This document shows, in pieces, positions 57,984-64,000 of a stretch of 64,000 nt of DNA (its first letter is position 1; every line of letters starts with the position of its first letter). The stretch is from the NCBI RefSeq assembly GCF_009914755.1, contig NC_060936.1; one strand, written 5' to 3'. The position numbers and the translations under genes were made by a program. The notes below the pieces were generated by a model. The model did no database searches. It was given only the letters and a program-made list of their open reading frames with translations, and was not told the origin of the DNA. This DNA is from the human T2T-CHM13v2.0 reference genome, Homo sapiens.

Positions 57984-60892
57984 TGTCATTTTTTAATACA
58001 TTGAGTATGTGTGCAATGCTGTGTGTGAATACATTTATAAGAGAATATCTGTATATTCAAGTGTTTTCTGTAGATTTTGATCTCATTTAATTTATATAAA
58101 CATAGGTAGCGTTAGCTGCATTTATAATGAGAACATTCAGGCTTAGAGGGGAAAGTCCTTTGGCTACAGTGACACAGCTTTAAGTCATTTGTTGCAGATG
58201 CTCTTGGTGCCACCCCTTTCTCACCCTCACCCCCTTAGCAAGTGCACCTGTCACCTAGCCACTGCAAATGGAGGCTGCTAACAGGTCACACCTGCACGCC
58301 TTGCTCACAGTCACCCACAAGTTCACATCCCTTCTCAGGAGACACCCTGGGCTAATGTCTCACTGATGTGGAGGCATAAGAGCCCACCAGTTCTTACCTT
58401 CCAGGAGAAGGTGAGAGAAATATGTTCAGGCAGAAGGAGGAGTTAGACTAATGGGATTTCAGGAGCAATCTAGTCTGAATCCTTGTCTTTGGCTCTGTTG
58501 TTTGGGAACCCGATCTAGACATCATTGCATCAGAATTGGAGCATGGGTTCTATCTAACTACAAAGCCGAGGGCGGTTCCTCCACACCACACTGCGTCCTC
58601 CCTGGCTGTTTGTGTTACAATTCATGCTCATCCAGGATGATTTTCCTATACCTTTCTCCAGAGGTAGCAATGAATAGGAATTGTTTGTTTGTCTAAACGC
58701 AGAGTGGAAGCTAACTGTTTTAGACTGTGATGCTGCATAATGGACGTTGCGCCTGTTACATTACATTTTATGGTTTTATAGCAATTACGTTGCATTTTAT
58801 GGTGTCATAACATATTACATTTTATGGCTTAATATCAGCTTTAATACAAGACACCACGGCCCAGAATTTTAACAAGGGAAAGCTTCTCCTGGTGAGATGG
58901 TAATGGGCTTTCTGCATGACCACATGCCTGCCAGCAGGAGGCCAGGGAAGATGAATCAGGGGACAGATTTCCCTCAAGCCTCCATAGCCACCCCACCCTG
59001 TGCCCCCTCAGTCAAGCCTGGCTTTCTTGCTAGGGGTCCTTGTACAAACTAGTTGAACTGATGCTGTAGGCACACAGCCCCTCGTCTCTCGTTCACCCCT
59101 ATTTTCTCGTCCACGTAACAGACAGGATAATCTTCTTAAAGCACAAAGCTACTCATGCCATGACTCTGCTTGAAACCTGTGTATAATTTCCCATTGCTAT
59201 TGGAGCCATGTCCAAACTAAGCCTATGGCTCAAGGAAGGACTTTCATGTTCTTATCCTCAGCCTTGGCTCATTTATCACCCACGATGTACCCTATGCTAA
59301 AGCCACAGTTCTCAAATGTGCCGTGTCCTTTTGCTCCTCTGTGCCTTTGCATATGCTGTTCCTTCTGCCTGGAACCCCTTCCTGGATCTTTTTTTTTCTA
59401 TGCATTCATTCAGTAAATATTTATTGAGCACCTACAATGCTTGGCATTGTTCTGACAACTGGGAATCCAGCGGTAAATGAAACACACAAACCCTCTACTC
59501 TCATGGAGCTCACCTTCTAGTGGAAAGAGGTGACATGGTATTAGTCTTTCAAAACTCAACTCATGTCACCTCCTCCAGGAAGCCTGCCCTGATGGGCCCA
59601 GGTAGTGAGATATGCATTCTATTCCATGCCTGTGTCATAACACTTATCACAGCAACTGTAGTCATCCATTCACTTCTATGTCTTCCCCAAGGGCAGGGAC
59701 AATGCCTTACCCATTTTTACTTTTGTATTGCTATCATCAAGCAAGGTCCCCGGTTCAGCAAGTTGATCAAATAAACGAATGAATAATGCAAGAGGAAAAA
59801 ATGGTTAGTGTGCTTTAGGGGTGCCAGTGAGATTCCACTGCCACCAGGAAACATTTCCAGTACAAATGTAGCAAATCCTGCCACTAGAAATTCACCCCTT
59901 TGGGTTAAGCATTGTCTGTTGCCAGCAGCTCCTTTGAATTCCAATGGCCCTGGGAGTAAGATGTTTGCATGAATAATTCCATCAGAGTTCTTAGGAGCTG
60001 GCTGGAGAGAACAGGACTGAAGCAAGCTGCTCACCTGCACTGGGAGATAAAAAGAGGAGACAAAAAAGGAGGCTTTGCCCAGGGCTCTGGCCTGAGTTCT
60101 GGAAATTTGTTGCAGATGTTGACAAACACATTGGCCAAAAAGCCTTGGAAATCTCAGCTGTTAGAGGTATGCTGTAGGAGAATGAAAAGAGCTCGGCATC
60201 AGGTTCTAGCCCTGGCTCTGCCACTGACCTGCTGTGTAATCTCTCCGCAAAACCCTCAGTCTCTCTTGGCCTCAGTTTCATGAGCTATAAAACAATGAGA
60301 CTGAACTAGATATAATCAGATACCTTCTCAGGAGTCAGCAGAGTTCAGTGCTTCAAATCCCAGTGCTGCAGTTATCAGCAGTGACCTTGGACAATCTACT
60401 TAACCCTATGTGCCTCAGTTTTCTCATCTATAAAATAAGGAGAGGTATAAAATGTTATACATTCTTCAAAGGGTTGGTTTAAGGACTTAATAAGTTAATA
60501 CAAATAAAGAATTAGCACAGAATCCGGGGTACTATAAGCACTCGACAAAGGTTAGTGATTATTTAACAAACCAAAGGGTGAACATTAGAATCTCTGCAAA
60601 CCACAGAAGGCCAAAGCTGGAAAAGACTCTAATAAAAATAACAGTAGACCTGTATCGGGGCTCACCATGCACCAGACACTGTGCCAAGTGCTTTATAAGT
60701 AGCATCTCCTCACAGTAATCCTATGATGTTAGTGTTGTTTTCCCTGATTTACCAATAAAGACCAGAGCAGGTGAGTAATGTCCCCAAGTTCACAGAGGTG
60801 GTAAATGGCATAGCCAGGGCTTAAACCAGGCTCTACCTGATGCCAAAGATTTTTATCTAATATGGGAATTTTCAGCCATTCTAGCCATTCTT

Positions 60893-61225
<333 letters not shown>

Positions 61226-63187
61226 AAATATTTTTTTGATCCCACGTCTGTCTCCTCTCCCTTGGTGACTTCAATTACACATACATTATTAATAGACTGC
61301 TTGAATTTGTCCCACATCTCATTGATGCTCTGTTCATTTAAAAAATATGTTTTCTTTGTGTGTTACACTTTGGATAGTTTCTATTACTAAGTCTTTGAAT
61401 TTACTCATTTTTTCTTTGGAATATCTAATCTGCTGTTAATACACTTCTGTGTAGTTTTCATCTCACACATTGTAGTCTTCATCTCTAGAAGTTCAATTGG
61501 GTATTTTTTATGTTTTCTATAGTTCTACAGAACATTTTTTTAAACCTATGGAATACGGTTAGAATAACTGTTTTAATGTCCTTGTCAGTTACTTCTAACA
61601 TCTGTGTCTGTTCTAGGCTGGTTTCAATGGGTTGATTTTACTCCTCCTTAGGAGTCATGTTTTCCTGCTTCTTCTCATGCTTGATAATCTTTGATTTAAT
61701 GCTAACCAGGAGCTGGTCACATGACCTAATTCTGGCTAATGAAACACGGACACAGGACAGTAACAGTTCTAGTCCCCTAGCCATTGATTGGCTTAGGAGT
61801 GAACACGTCACCCAACTCTGCCGGGAGCTTTTTGGGAAAGGCTTCCTCAGTCTTAGGAAAGAGACCAGTTCCTCTGGATGTGGCCATTTCCTGACGAGAC
61901 AATAGGGACTGGTGCATTTACTGAGCACTTGCTGTGTGCCTGACCCTGTGCTAAATGCATTAAGTTGTGTGATTCTCAACAGCAAGCTTTTGTAGTACAT
62001 AGTATCATGATGTCCATTTTACAGATAAGGAAACTGAGGTTCAGCATGGTGATTACCCTTTCCCAAGGTCACATAGGTAGCCAAGGGCAGAGGCAGAATG
62101 GGAAGCCAGACCTTTCTGACTCCAGAACCTGTGACCTTAAAACCCTCCTCTATACTTCCTCTGAAAAAGAAAAACATCCTAACCCAGATGAGCCCCCTCA
62201 TCCCACTGATCAATATTCATGTTGCTCAGAACCAAGTAATTGGGGCTGCCAAAGGGTGCCGAGAAGTCCCCCTAATGAACTTGTTCAGCTACTCTTCTGA
62301 AACAGCATACCCTGCTGGGCCCAGGGGCCTCTTCTGTCAATATTGACGTCTGTCTGAGACACTGGGAACCTGCCACGGATGGAGGAGCAGATGCTGCTAA
62401 GATTTAAAAGAGAAAGGAAGAGAAGAAACACAAATCCCCTCAACGAAGCTACTACTTAGAACCGCAGGCCCAGCAAACCCCTGTACATCTGGAGACACTG
62501 CAGTAGAAGCAGCTAGATCAGAGGCCAGCAGACCTACAAGGTGCTTGGCTGGGCTCCTGAACCCAGGGTCTGCTCAGCAGCGTCCTGGAGAGCTTGCTAA
62601 GCTGGGCAAGTCTGCTCTGGCAAGGGGACGATGCCTCCTTGCCAGGAGTGCTCCTTGGGGAGCTGAGATTCTAGATTTCTCAGCCTGCTCCCAGGTCCTG
62701 CCCAGCCCACAGCCCCCTAGAGGACTAGAGTCAAGCTCCAGGAAGGCATGTTTCTGGAGAGTGATAAAGAGGTTGGGACAACAAAACTGTCCTTTTTGAG
62801 AAGGGCAATGCTATGTAAGGAGTCCTGGCTGTGGAGTCAGACAGTTCTGGATTCAAATCCATAATAATAAATTCGTAATAATCCATAATAAGGGGGTTAT
62901 CCTCTCTAGCAAATGGGGATTTCTGCACTCAACAAATGTTCATATGCCTGGAGATTATGACAATATAGAGTCATAGGGATGCAAATAAAATGCCAAACAT
63001 AGAGCCTGACACATCAAATGTCCTCAAGAAGTACAGAAACTCCTGATGCATATGCAGGTGCCACCACCCCCATAGCTGCCCTGTCCATAAAGATGGTGAC
63101 ATGGCTGTGTAAAATGGGCTTCAGAGACAGAGTTTATTCTCTAGCCTACCTGCAAATGCTGTCATGCAATCTTGAGTAGTTAATCCA

Positions 63188-64000
<813 letters not shown>

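Overview
Primate (almost certainly human) genomic DNA. It holds the complete HSPB8 gene (small heat-shock protein HSP22/H11; known locus 12q24.23) on the + strand and about 45 kb of repeat-rich downstream sequence. The three coding exons (2741-3107, 10453-10516, 17129-17288) join by GT-AG splicing into a 591-nt, 196-aa alpha-crystallin-domain protein, and the poly(A) signal is at 18158. About 90 bp past the likely cleavage site lies a full-length, same-strand PDAP1 processed pseudogene with a poly(A) tail and 14-bp TSD. It is inserted into an old MLT1 LTR and has a 1-bp frameshift that leaves a 293/305-codon chimeric ORF open. The rest is Alu, MIR, L1, L2, LTR and DNA-transposon remnants plus microsatellites. 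The most interesting non-standard signals are: the PDAP1 retrocopy in the HSPB8 read-through zone; a ~33-copy 23-bp minisatellite built from the tRNA-derived B-box of a MIR; a homotypic Hox/Cdx motif cluster near 58.8 kb; a Meis-Pbx-Hox composite site near 35.5 kb; a candidate distal terminal exon near 44.1 kb; and a degenerate ~450-bp palindrome. Repeat subfamily names come from recalled consensus sequences and need RepeatMasker confirmation. No novel system is demonstrated by sequence alone.
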